Source: Octopus sinensis
Lineage: Eukaryota
Length of the DNA stretch: 64,000 nucleotides
Reading direction: 5' to 3'
NCBI RefSeq assembly: GCF_006345805.1
Contig: NC_043014.1
Span: 10,292,001-10,356,000, forward strand
In this document: positions 12,631-25,884 of the stretch, piece after piece
How the letters are laid out: each line of letters begins with the position of its first letter
Position numbering within the stretch: the first letter of the stretch is position 1
Translations under genes and position numbers: made by a program
Notes under the pieces: generated by a model
What the model saw: the letters and a program-made list of their open reading frames with translations, nothing else
The model's database searches: none
What the model was told of the DNA's origin: nothing

Positions 12631-14003
12631 AGCCACTGCAGCTTCATGAGGCCTGGTAAGTCAAAGAAAGATTTAGATACTTTGGATGACGTCCAAGTTT
12701 TAAGCATTTTAATTTGTTGCAATTTGAACACCCAACCTTATATCATGCGTATTATACCGAAGTTCAAATTAACATCTAACATTACATAATATACTCTTCG
12801 TGTTTAAATATCTTCGAGTGTTCAAAGTTCAAGGAATTTAATTTTCTGCTACGAAACAAGATATAATCATGCGTAAGTTTTATCCAATTTCATAAGCGTG
12901 CATAGAGGCTAGCTACTACAAAAGCGAGATCTGCTTTCACGATAATAAAATGTTATACAAATCTTATAATCCTTCAAAATGATAATAAGGTAAATAAATA
13001 ACTCTGTCAAAATTAAAATTTAATGCCCCAATGCAAAAACAGTAAAATCAAAGTTCGGAAGGTAATGAAAAGTAAGAAAATAATATGTGGATTGAACGTG
13101 CGAATTACCTTCAGAAAGCACACCAGGTAAAGGACATTAAGGCTCCTTAAGCTCTAACTAATCTGGTTTATGGCCCTTACTCAATTCCTTATGCTCATAT
13201 TACAGCTGACGTTTTCAAATCCTTTATTAACGATTCAAATAAGATCCTTCGCGTTGGTAAACATATTCTTGTGATCTGCAAGATATCTCATCAAGGCATT
13301 CATGAAATTCGAATGGAACCTTGTCGTGGTGACCTCTTCATGTTCATTCATTGCAATAATTGGTGAGAAGTGATATGATTATCTTTCTGCCGTAATATGA
13401 CGCTGGGACTTGCGAATGTCATACAATCTGTAAGAAATTGATTTAGGTTTGCAACATGCTTGCAGGCTGATTAAAGATTGCAATGTTAGTTATGAAACTG
13501 CAAAAAGAACACGTATGCCATAGATATATTTTGGTAAAATCTAATCGTCCGTATAGTCTTAAGGACATGTAAAATTTATATTGAAATGTCTATTTTCAGA
13601 CTAAACACTTTTTTTCTCTTTTATCTGTTTTGTAAGAAGCATTGAGTTTATATTCAATATTTGTTAACCACGGTAAGTTTTTGTAGCAAATATGCCATCA
13701 ACAGATGTTATGCAGATACATCAAAAGACACAGACACACATACACACACAACAACAACAACAACAACAATAACAACGCATATGTAGAAATGGATATGTTT
13801 AGATAATGCCGACGATTTCTGCAAACTTTGAAATAATGCTATACACAATAACTAGTGACAAAAAGGCAAAGCAACTTCTAAGAATCCATATTTTTAAAAA
13901 ATGCATGCATATATGAGTGTGTGTTTGTGTTTGTGTATCTGTGTCTGCGTGTGTCTGCGTGTATCTATGTAATATGTACATAGATGCATATCTATATTTG
14001 TGC

Positions 14004-14109
14004 CTATCTATCTATGCATCTATCTCTTTGTGTTTGTCTCTCTATCTCAAGGCAGACAGAGAGACAAACAGATAGATAGATAGATAGATAGACAGAGAGA
14101 GACAGATAG

Positions 14110-14143
<34 letters not shown>

Positions 14144-14145
14144 AA

Positions 14146-14177
<32 letters not shown>

Positions 14178-14190
14178 GTAGACAGACAAA
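14004..14190. repeat. Compound (GATA)n/(GA)n/(GACA)n microsatellite
   Basis: Direct reading. Confidence 0.9.
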
Positions 14191-14663
14191 AAGTTGGTAC
14201 TTATTTCATCAGTCACTTTTGACAAGCTGCTCAGTTACACAGACTTCAGCGCACCAACAGTTGTAAGCAATTGTGGGGAACAAACACAGATGCGAGGCGA
14301 TACACACACACACACACACACATACAAGCACACACACATACACACACATATACATACACACACACATACACACACATACGTACAGACAAATATACACACA
14401 CTCGGAGGGCTTCTTCAAGTCTCAGTGATTTGTTCGGCTTGGCTACAAAGAGTGACTGACCCGTGTGGTTTTGGAAGCAAACTTCGTACCGTATAGCCAC
14501 GCCTTCATTCAAAATTACACGATCATACGCAGCCAATCGCTCCTGTTTTAGATGCTCCTCTATTCGCAACCAAACACCGACACACATTTGGCCTTCAAAG
14601 TATTTCCCAAGGAGCTATTCAAATGTGGAGACATAAAGAAAAAGGGAGACGGTTCTCTCTTAC

Positions 14664-14916
14664 TCGTTTACTCTTTTATTTGTTTCAGTCATTTGAACGT
14701 GGCCATGCGGGAGCACCGCCTTTTAGTCGAAGAAATCTATCCCTGGACTTCTTCGTTGCAAGCCTGGTACTTATTCTATCGGTTCTCCTCTGCTGAACCA
14801 CTAAGTTACGGAGATGTAAACAAACCAACATCGGTTGTCAAGCGATCATGGGAGGAACAAACACAGACACAAACACACACATACACGCACAAAAACATAT
14901 ATATATAATTATATAT

Positions 14917-14974
<58 letters not shown>

Positions 14975-15098
14975 TAGATATATGTATATATTATATACAT
15001 ATATATATATATATATTATATATATATATATATATATAATATACATATATATATATATATAATATATATATATATATATTATATATATTATATATATA

Positions 15099-15135
<37 letters not shown>

Positions 15136-15262
15136 GACGGGCCTCTTTCAGTTTCGGTCCGCCAAATCCACTCACAAGCTTTTAGTCGGTCCGAGGCTAT
15201 AGTAGAGGACACTTGCACAAGTTGCCACGAATTGGGACTGAATCCGGAACCATGTGGCTGGA
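14664..15262 (-). mobile_element. SINE family A with expanded internal (GATA)n/(TA)n
   Basis: Tail half at ~14664-14880 and head half at ~15135-15262, separated by microsatellite. Confidence 0.75.
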
Positions 15263-15757
15263 ACAACCATGTGGCTTCACACCACTCAGCCAACGCCTGC
15301 GCGCACTTTATTTTATCAACACTGTCAGATGAACAAACAGCCTGCATTTCAATGTAATGAGAACGAAGTCGTCCTTTCATTAACAAAAGACCACACAACT
15401 TTGGAAAGATAATTAGCGTGACACACAAAGCCATTCAGAACAATCAGCGTTAAACGGAAAACATTGAAGATTACAAAGATCATCTCAAACATTCATATGA
15501 ACAGCTACTGTAACCGTGTTTGATACAACCTCTTTATACTCTCATCATTATAAATTAAACGTGAAGTCATTGCGTTGGCCCTTAAGTGCTTAACTTCCAT
15601 TCTTTGTAGCAGTAATATACATTCAATTTTGTATAACCTCTTCAGCAAATCAAATCTAATTTGTGCTGAATAACAATGTCAGTTCTGATTAGTGGAGATT
15701 TATCTTGTTCTGTCCATTCACCTGCTCGAATCCACTTCTAACAATCTAACAAACATA

Positions 15758-16167
15758 GGCGCAGGAGTGGCTGTGTGTTAATGTGTTAAGTAGCTTGCTA
15801 ACCAACCACATGGTTCCGGGTTCAGTCCCACTGTGTGGCATCTTGGGCAAGTGTCTTCTGCTATAGCCCCGGGCCGACCAATGCCTTGTGAGTGGGTTTG
15901 GTAAAGGGAAACTGAAAGAAGCCTGTCATATATACGTATATATATATATATATTATATATAATAATATATATATATTATATATATAATATATATAGGCGC
16001 AGGAGTGGGTGTGTGTTAAGTAGCTTGCTACCAACTGTATGGTTCCGGGTTCAGTCCCCTGCGTGGCATCTTGGGCAAGTGTCTTCTGTCTGCTATAGCC
16101 CCGGGCCGACCAATGCCTTGTGATTGGATTTGGTAGACGGAAACTGAAAGAAGCCTGTCATATATAC

Positions 16168-16208
<41 letters not shown>

Positions 16209-16800
16209 CGCAGGAGTGGCGAGGTGTTAAGTAGCTTGCTACCCCAATCACATGGTTCCGGGTTCAGTCCCACTGCGTGGCATCTTGGGCACGTGTCTTC
16301 TGCTATAGCCCCGGGCCGACCAATGCCTTGTGAGTGGATTTGGTAGACGGAAACTGAAAGAACCCTGTCATATATACGTGTATATATATATATAGGCGCA
16401 GGAATGGCTATGTTTAAGTAGCTTGCTAACCAACCACATGGTTCCGGGTTCAACCCCCTGCGTGTGCATCTTCGGCAGTGTCTTCTGCTATAGCCCCGGG
16501 CCGACCAATGCCTTGTGAGTGGATTTGGTAGACGGAACTGAAAGAAACCCGTCGTATATATGTATATATGTATGTATGTGTGTGTATATGTTTGTGTGTT
16601 TGTGTTTGTCCCCCTAGCATTGCTTGACAACCGATGCTGGTGTGTTTACGTCCCCGTCACTTAGCGGTTCGGCACAAGAGACAGTTAGAATAAGTACTGG
16701 GCTTACAAAGAATAAGTCCCGGGGTCGATTTGCTCGACTAAAGGCGGTGCTCCATCATGGCCGCAGTCAAATGACTGAAACAAGTAAAAAAGAGTAAAAA
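15758..16800 (+). mobile_element. SINE family A: four tandem 5' halves followed by one 3' half
   Basis: Heads start at 15758, 15996, 16207 and 16395, each followed by (TA)n. A single tail lies at ~16600-16800. Confidence 0.9.
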
Positions 16801-16960
16801 AAAAAAGGGTAAAGCTTACTGACTAACTAACGGATTTACTAACTAAATAAATAAATAGCTAACTATCTACAATAATTCTCTATCTATCTATCACTCTCTC
16901 TCTCTCTCTCTCTACCTATTTATCTCTCTATCTCTCTGTCTATCTATTTATCTCTCTATC

Positions 16961-17011
<51 letters not shown>

Positions 17012-17078
17012 TTATCTCTCTATCTATCTATCTATCCATCTACCTATCTATCTATCTATCTATCTATCTATCAATGTC

Positions 17079-17400
17079 TAACAATATTGACCAAGGTTAC
17101 CGTGGTCTTTTTCGTAGGCTTTTCTTCCCACGGATAAACCTTACTTGCTTTCCCCTTTACACCTTACATCATAACACTGTGATACACGATCCCTATTGAT
17201 CGTTTTTTTCCCTCTTCCCCGTTTCCCCCCCCCCCTTTTTTTTTTCCTTTTACGATCCCTTTTGATCGAAAACCTACGCCACCTTTTTTTTTGTTTCCTT
17301 TGTATTTCGTTTTTTGTTTTTTTTTTCATCCCCCAAAAGAAAAGCTTTACCTTGTAACTTGTCCCATCTGTGTGCAGCCCTGTGTGGCCAATAAAGAAAC
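17079..17400 (+). mobile_element. 3' UTR-only copy of the L1/Tx1-type LINE, embedded in (TATC)n
   Basis: Aligns with the reverse complement of 21491-21890. Ends ..GGCCAATAAAGAAAC, with TATC repeats on both sides. Confidence 0.85.
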
Positions 17401-17519
17401 ATATCTATCTATTCATCTATCTATCCATCTATCTAAATGTTTCTTTTTGTGTTTGTGAGTGTGCGTGCGTGTGGCGTGTCTGTGTGTCTATGCGTGTGTG
17501 TGCATGTGTGTACGTGAGT

Positions 17520-17887
17520 ACCTGCATGTATGTATGTATGCATGTGTGTATGCATTATGTATGTATGTATGTGTGTATGTATGTATGTGTGTCTTTGTAT
17601 GTATGTATGTATGTGTGTATGTATGTATGTATGTGTGTGTTTGTATGTATGTATGCATTTATGTATGCATGTATGTATATATATGTGTATATATGTCTGC
17701 ATTTATGTATGTATGTACGTATGTGCGTGTAAGCATGTATGTGTATATGTTTGTATGTATGTATGTATGTATGTATGTATGTATGTATCTATGTGTATGT
17801 ATGCATTTATGTATATTTGTATGTATGTATATATGTATGTATGTATGTATGTATGTAAGTACGTATGTATGTATGTATGTATGTATG

Positions 17888-17918
<31 letters not shown>

Positions 17919-18056
17919 GTACGTATGTATGTATGTATGTATGTATGTATGTATGTATGTATGTATGTATGTATGCATGTATGTATGTATGTATGTATGT
18001 ATGTAAGTATGTATGTATGTATGTATGTATGCAGGTATGTATGTATGTATGTATGT
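17520..18056. repeat. (TATG)n microsatellite
   Basis: Direct reading. Source of the MYVC/HTYI ORFs. Confidence 0.95.
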
Positions 18057-18495
18057 GAGTGTGTCTAGGCACACGCATACACACTCATTCAGACAGACAC
18101 ACACAGTATTTTCTTCAAACACTGGAAGCATGTGATATTTGCAATTCTGATTTATATTTGTCCTGTGGATATACAATTATACATGCGAGTGTATATTTGT
18201 GTGTATGTGTGTGTGTGCATTTGTGTATATGTGTTTGTGAGTGTGTAAATGAGTATATGTACGTATAATGCCTATCACTTGATATATATATATATAATAT
18301 ATATATATATATATGTATGTGTATACATATATATATATAGAGAGAGAGAGGAGCAAGAGAGAGCGAAAGAGAGATATAGTGATATACATAGATATAGATA
18401 GATTTCATTAGAGGAAGTGTATATATATGTATGTATATATATATATTATATATAATATATATATATACATATTTATATATATATATATTTTTATA

Positions 18496-18630
<135 letters not shown>

Positions 18631-18872
18631 GCTGGTATGGACTGATAGGTCGACGTGTTATGTGTTAAGTTATATATTTTTCTCTAATGAACATTATGCT
18701 CTTAGCATATTAATGTAAGCTTAATGCTAATTAAATTGTGTATTAATGGAAACGGCTGTAAGAAGGAAAGATTACCAAGTTGTTAATAATAGTTAGTAGC
18801 TTTCAAATGTATTTTCTTTTCTTCACTTAACTGGATATGAACTATATGCTCTCTCCTTGTCTCTGTCTGCCC

Positions 18873-18961
<89 letters not shown>

Positions 18962-18964
<3 letters not shown>

Positions 18965-19400
18965 GTCTGCCGCATGCAGGACGGTCGCATGCCTAAACAC
19001 CATCCTGTACAGCGAACTCACCACGGGATCCCGACCCAAGGGACGTCCACAGCTACGATACAGGGATGTGTGCAAGCGCGACCTGAGGACTGCCAACATC
19101 TGTGTGGACTCGTGGGAGGTAACAGCTGCTGACCGCTCTGCCTGGCGTCGGACAGTGAGGAAAGGCGTTTCCATGGCTGAGGAAAGGAGAGCACAGCTGT
19201 GGTCGGACAGGCGGGATAGGAGGAGTACAACTGCAACACCCCCCACACGTACCCATCGATGTTCGTGTGCAGCAACTGTACCAGGGACTGCCACTCTAGA
19301 ATTGGACTGTTCAGTCACAGCAGACGCTGCTCATCATCAAAGTAGGCCCCACCCTTGGCGCGACCCATTGTCTATCAAGACAGACGGGAAGAGAGAGAGA
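18962..19400 (+). mobile_element. RTE-clade LINE 3' end
   Basis: HVCRMQDGRMP..ILYSEL..GSRPKGRPQLRYRDVCKRDL...DRSAWRRTV and C-terminal CSNCTRDCHSRIGLFSHSRRC (two frameshifts). Short 3' UTR ending in (GA)n. Confidence 0.88.
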
Positions 19401-19410
19401 TATACATATA

Positions 19411-19821
19411 GGCGCAGGTGTGGCTGTGTGGTAAGTAGCTTGCTTAACAACCACATGGTTCCGGGTTCAGTCCCACTGCGTGGCATCTTGGGAAAGTGTC
19501 TTCTACTATAGCCTAGGGCCGACCAAAGCCTTGTGAGTGGATTTGGTAGACGGAAACTGAAAGACGCCCGTCGTATATATGTATATATGTATGTATGTGT
19601 GTGCATGTATGTTTGTGTGTCTGTGTTTGTCCCCCTAGCATTGCTTGACAACCGTGACGGTGTGTTTATGTCCCCGTCACTTAGCGGTTCGGCAAAAAGA
19701 GACCGATAGAATAAGTACTGGGCTTACAAAGAATAAGTCCCGGGGTCGATTTTCTCGACTAAAGGCGGTGCTCCAGCATGGCCGCAGTCAACTGATTGAA
19801 ACAAGTTAAAGAGTAAAAGAG
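19411..19821 (+). mobile_element. SINE family A, full length
   Basis: tRNA-like head, CORE-like CTTGGG(C/A)AAGTGTCTT, internal microsatellite, AAAAGAGT tail. Probably one of the described octopus OK/OR SINE families, not assigned. Confidence 0.9.
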
Positions 19822-19844
19822 TATATATATATATATATATATAC

Positions 19845-19990
19845 CGGAGTAAACACATAAATGTGAAACAAGGTGGAAAAAAGAGTACCAAATACCAGTG
19901 TAGAGTAATATGCTTTATTTAAGCAGCAGAAAATTCACAAAACCTGTTACTCTGATTTCACGTTCCGTTCGTCGGACAGTTTTTGCTAGA
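19845..19990 (-). repeat. PLE-type terminal fragment with a decayed hammerhead motif at 19944-19979
   Basis: Minus strand reads CUGU-CCGACGA-ACG-GAA-CGU-GAAA-UCAGA-GUA-ACAG. Confidence 0.5.
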
Positions 19991-20116
19991 ATAGAACCTA
20001 TATGTCAATTCTATCAAGAGTAGTATATAAACGCTAAAACACCTTTAAAAATGGATTTGTTTGATTGTCCCTTTAGAAATAACGGTCAATTTTCGAGCGA
20101 TAAACAAAAATTAGCT

Positions 20117-20176
<60 letters not shown>

Positions 20177-21458
20177 TATATTATATATATATAAAATTAT
20201 AAAATTCGAGAAAAAAACCTTACATCGAATCTTTGGTTAAAATACCTATTTGTCTTAATAAAGGAAATATAATTAATACATGGAAATTGAAATTAAAATG
20301 TTAAAATGCATTAAAAATATTACACAACAGCACATATTCATACTAAACTATACATATATACATCAACATACACAGATAGATGTGCGCAGACCACATACAT
20401 ATAAAGACATATAAATACAAAGCTAAAATATACACACAAATGCATGTGCGCATATGTATACGCAATCTAGCTCGAATGCAAAATCACTGTATCCATATAG
20501 ACTATAAGCTAAATTCGTGGATGGGGAAGGGGCGTTCTTATTTACGATATAAAGCTAAAGACATGAGTAAGGGGGTGGGACGTAAAGTTACAGGGCTCTA
20601 TACAAGTAGCGAATAGGGAGAGAAAAAAACGAAAGAAAGGAAGAGAGAGAAAAAAAAAGAAAAAGAGAGAAGGGAAAAAGAAGAAGGAAAGGAAAGAAGA
20701 AAAAAATTTGTATCTAAATTATGTAAGCACATATACTGACACATATATAGAGACAAGTACGCAAACGCACAAGCCCAAGTGGATACATGCATACACATAG
20801 ATTCGTGTATGTATGTGCTTAAGTACAAACATACGTTCACTTACACATATATAAAGACGTATGCTTACAAATACATATTCATGCCAATACACATATTCAC
20901 ATAAAAATGCCTAGGATCTGACAACATTGTTTTTTTTTTTAATGGTGAGTGCATAATAATAAGAATTAGACGAAAGACATGCGAAATATAACGCCCTATG
21001 TTGGATTATCTATAAATTAAATACCAAAGTAAGCCTATACAATATAATAAAATGAAATAAACTAAGTCGAAGGTTTTTCCTAAGGAATATGTAGAAATAT
21101 AAACAAAATAAACAAAATATATGCACGAGACTAATTCGCTGGTGTAAATGAAACACACTTAGTCGGGTTAACAAAAGGATGTGGGTTCGTGTCCCACGCA
21201 GATAGGAAAACCTCCTATTTCTGTCGAGGGCTTATATGCCCCATTATTAGACTATTTTCCTTAATCATTGTGCTGTGATCGCCATAATCGTTATGCTTAT
21301 ATGAATACCATTATTATTATTTCCTGGGTTGTAAAAAAAAAGCACATATGTGTGTGTGTGTGTGTGTGTGTGTGAGTGTGTATACACATATATATGTGTG
21401 TGAGTGTGTATGTGTGCTTGTATATGTTTGTCTGTGTCTTTCATATATATATATGTAT

Positions 21459-21490
<32 letters not shown>

Positions 21491-23053
21491 GTTTCTTTAT
21501 TGGCCACACAGGGCTGCACACAGATGGGACAAGTTACAAGGTAGAGCTTTTCTTTTGGGGGATGAAGAGAACAAAAAACAAAAGAAAAAAAAGGGGTGGC
21601 GTAGGTTTTCGATCAAGAGGGATCGTAAAAGGGTTGAAAAGAACAAAAACAAAAAAATTGAATAAAATAAAAAGAATAAAAAGAGAAAAAAAAAGAAAAG
21701 GAAAAGGAACAAGAGGAAAGAGAAATGAAAAAAGAAGAAAAAAGGGGGAAAAAAAGGGGAAGAGGAAAAGAAGAACGATCAATAGGGATCGTGTATCACA
21801 GTGTTATGATATATGGTGTAAAGGGGAAAGAGAGTAAGGTTTATCCGTGGGAAGAAAAGCCTACGAAAAAGACCACGGTAACCTTGGTCAATATTGTTAT
21901 ATGTTACCACATTTGTTTGCAAGTGAGTAACCCTCTGTTTTCAATTTCTGGGTTCATAGGATTATGCTCAAGGTGGCTTCGTCATTCATACGTGCCATCC
22001 TTGCTACATTCACCCATCTTTTTTTAAAACATTCGCTAGACAAAACTTGCCTCTCTACTCTCACTTTCCTTCTCAAGTGGTACTTGAAGAAGTTGATGAG
22101 AGATTGACCAGAGAGGAAAGTGTTTGTCTCCAATCCTTTCAGACGCGTCACCAGATACTTCTTTCGCCATAGCCACAAGGATGATGAAAATAGCTCTTCC
22201 TTCCCGTTTGAAGGAAGGAGGCGTGACAATATTGACGATAGACTCAGCTGATAAACCGACTCGTCCCACACGTGACAGCAGTTGTTCGACATAAGCCCAC
22301 AGGTCGGAAATTGTTGGACACTGCACAAGTGCGTGCAGAACGGTTTCGTCGCTCTGACCGCATCTCGGGCAGGTCGGCCCCGTGTTTCTTGAGCCGTGTC
22401 TGTAGAGCTTATCCCGAACGGGTAGCGCTTCTCGGTAGCACTGCCAGGCCAGGGATCTCTGGAAGTTGTCCATGGGCCCTGGCCCGAAAGTCGTCCTGAA
22501 TAGGCGGGTCAGGTACTCCTCGTCGACGTCCAGGTTCGCCCCGAGCTCGTCGTCGTACCTCCCCTAATCCCCTATAGAATGCTTTGGTTGTGTTGAAGTC
22601 ACTCAAGGTCGACCCGGGACGGCAGAGTTGCTTGAGAGCAACGCGACACTCGCGGTGCCAATCGCCCTTCCTCGGCCTCTTTTTGATCCACGACTGCAGT
22701 TCGGTCATGGAGACGAGCTGCGGGAAAGCGTGCCTCACAAACGGCGACCACACCTGTTCACCGTCGTCTACATAGAGCCAGAGATGTCGCAGTCTCAGCG
22801 CGTGTCTGCGCATCATCAACCACGGCATGCCCAGCCCTCCTTTTAACGGGTGTTGACAGCAAATGGATCGCCTGACCATCGGGACGCATCCTTTCCACAC
22901 GAACGAAAGAGAATGCGTTGTAGTTTGGTGATGGTAGGGTCGGGACAAGGTACGACGGTCAGGCGGTAGTAGATGACGGACGCGATGTACGTGTTCGCCA
23001 CCTCCGCCCGACCTTTTAGGGACAGTTTCCTCTCGGCCCATTGCCGGGCGAAA
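21491..23053 (-). mobile_element. L1/Tx1-clade LINE, 5'-truncated: ORF2 C-terminal part plus 3' UTR
   Basis: WAERKLSLKGRAEVAN..YYRLTVVPCP, HPLKGGLGMP, WQCYREALPVRDKL, zinc knuckle CPRCGQSDETVLHALVQC. At least three frameshifts. (GATA)n on both flanks. Confidence 0.9.
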
Positions 23054-23059
23054 TAGATC

Positions 23060-23139
<80 letters not shown>

Positions 23140-23789
23140 TGCATACATATACATACATATACATACATACATATATGTGCATGTCTGGGTGCGTGTATAT
23201 ATTTATGTTCGTGAGAATTTGCGAAATTGCTTAACAAACTATCATTGGGTATTCACCACAGAATCTGTCTTTTACTGCTAAGAAGAAATCAATGTGCCTA
23301 TTATATAACAAACAATCTCGGTAATGCTAATGATACAGGCCTCCAAGTGGAATCAGACGTATAAATTCTGTTCTTGATTCTATGTTATTTTTTTTTTCAT
23401 ACTATTTGTCTTGTTAAAGCTGCTCTGAAGGTTATAGTTTTATGTTGTGAGGAATATATTTCATAATCTACTCAAAGCAAGATAAGAATTATTATTGTGT
23501 ATAGAATATACTTACAAGTCACAAGAAGGAACACGTGACTGAAGCAAACATATGCATCAGTATACGCAAACACATACACACTCATACACACAGAGATTCA
23601 TATATACACACGCACACACTTACACACACACACATACATACATGTATATGTTTATAAATATCTGGAAAGGGATCCGAATAAAATGAAATAGCACAGCCTC
23701 CTAGCGTTTAGCAATGTATACATTATATTTGTAAAGAACATTTTGCCAGTTTATATGTACAAGTATAAGTATGTATATATCTATGTATG

Positions 23790-24182
23790 TGTAGGAGTGG
23801 CTGTGTGGTAAGTACCTTGCTAACCAACCACATGGTTCCGGGTTCAGTCTTGGGCAAGTGTCTTCTGCTATAGCCCCGGGCCGACCAATGCCTTGTGAGT
23901 GGTATTGGTAGATGGAAACTGAAAGAAGCCTGTCGTATATATGTATATGTATATATATATAGATGTGTATATGTGTGTGTGTGGTGTTTGTCCTCCTAGC
24001 ATTGCTTGACAACTGATGCTGGTGTGTTTAGGTCCCCGTCAATTAGCGGTTCGGCAAAAGAGACCGATAGAATAAGTACTGGGCTTACAAAGAATAAGTC
24101 CCGGGGTCGATTTGCTCGACTAAAGGCGGTGCTCCAGCATGGCCGCAGTCAAATGACTGAAACAAGTAAAAGAGTAAAAGAG

Positions 24183-24183
<1 letters not shown>
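23790..24183 (+). mobile_element. SINE family A
   Basis: Same head and tail as 33312, with a short deletion in the head. Confidence 0.88.
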
Positions 24184-24217
<34 letters not shown>

Positions 24218-24381
24218 TTGTACATGTATCTTGCCTTAATGCTTGTTGTCTTCTTTAACAATTATATCTTTATATATATATATATATATTATATGCCTGT
24301 CTGTGTTGTTGTGCGTGTTTGTGCGTATGTATATACATACACAAAACGCACACACACTCGAATACAGGCATCTATGTAAAT

Positions 24382-24448
<67 letters not shown>

Positions 24449-24504
24449 ATATATATATATATGTATGTATGTATATATATATACAATAACATAAAAAAAT
24501 AATA

Positions 24505-24539
<35 letters not shown>

Positions 24540-25033
24540 GTTATCATGTACAGTGTTTTTGTCTTGGTATAAAAGATGGGCTACAGCAAATATTCTGCTC
24601 AATACCACAGATTTGCTTGTCAGTTGTTTGACCTTAACCAGTTGAGCATGTCCCTTAGTGGCTGACGATATGTGCATCTCTGATCACGAGCAAAGTAGTG
24701 GGGGAGCATCATAGCCATGTGTTGAGAGGGATGCTTTGGGGTTTGAATAGTTCACCTCTGGAAACATGGGTGGTTCTTTCAACATCCTTAAACAACCTTA
24801 TTCGGGGACCGTTTGAGCGGGATGGGCTACTCAACCTGAAGAAAATTCAACTGGGCCCCACCTGCAAGGTCATGTGCTGTTTTATCTTGATATGAGATCA
24901 CCATGTCGCGCACATATGGTTGTGATGCATGTGCCTGGTGTACCTTTATCAGACGGGTAGTCATGATGGGTATATTGGGCTTCGTATATTTTACCCCAGT
25001 GTCACTTTGATGGCATGAACTGCTCTCTCACTC
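24540..25033. mobile_element. Unclassified 494-bp insertion within a (TAA)n tract
   Basis: Non-repetitive, higher-GC block bounded directly by (TAA)n at ~24500-24539 and 25034-25067. Confidence 0.45.
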
Positions 25034-25067
<34 letters not shown>

Positions 25068-25524
25068 GGGAACATTATTCCAAACTTACAGGGAAAAATT
25101 TAATTTAATGTAATTTTTCTCTATATTGCATAATTTAAATCTTTCCTTGTTGAATTGATAAAAGGTGATTTTGTTTCTAATTTCAACGGGAATACGGTAT
25201 TCTTTTATTTTTCTGCATTTATGGATCACATGTTGAAGAGAATGGAATTATGGGATTTATATCTACACATAAACATTATGGATTACTGCAGAGGATTTTA
25301 CCATGGGTGTATATTATTTCTTCAAAATTTTTTATCTCAAGTTTGTACCAACGCACATCAGCACAAGTAACTTTTTTTTTAAATATTTTTTCATATATTT
25401 TTAATAACTTCCGATTGACAGCACGGAAACCAGCGTTCTTTTAGAACAACGACTTCATGCCTTGAAGACACCAAAACAAAAATATTTTTTCATATATTTT
25501 TAATAACTTCCGATTGACAGCAAG

Positions 25525-25662
25525 GAAACCAGCGTTCTTTTAGAACAACGACTTCATGCCTTGAAGACACCAAAACAAAAATGGCTAAGAAAGCCCGAAT
25601 TGGCATCTGTAAGGGAAGTAACTCTCTAAAAATGCTTATATAGTTATTTCCCTTACAAACCC
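25525..25662 (-). mobile_element. Inverted 5' fragment of the tandem Helitron-like unit, preceded by a 99-bp tandem duplication (25382-25579)
   Basis: Reverse complement of the unit 5' part. The 99-bp segment is repeated almost exactly. Confidence 0.75.
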
Positions 25663-25884
25663 TTTTTCTCTAACGAGAGGATGTATTACGTAATAATAAT
25701 TATAAATTTTAGATTTCATTTCGAAGGGTAATACATTCATGAAACGATCGTAAGATATTTTAAACTTTTTAAATGATCATACTTTGTGTAATTATACATC
25801 TATCTATTAGTACAATATTATTTGGTAAATATATATTCTGTGATGATATTTCGATGTAATTTTTCCTGCTCTTACTTTATAATA

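Noticed and set aside
15270-15530. Open minus-strand stretch MKGRLRSHYIEMQAVC as a gene or transposase
   Set aside because: No recognisable motif, and the ORF continues into a SINE and a TA repeat.
21180-21205. tRNA T-arm-like GTGGGTTCGTGTCCCAC, and the SINE heads generally, as tRNA genes
   Set aside because: No complete cloverleaf can be built. The heads continue into SINE bodies.
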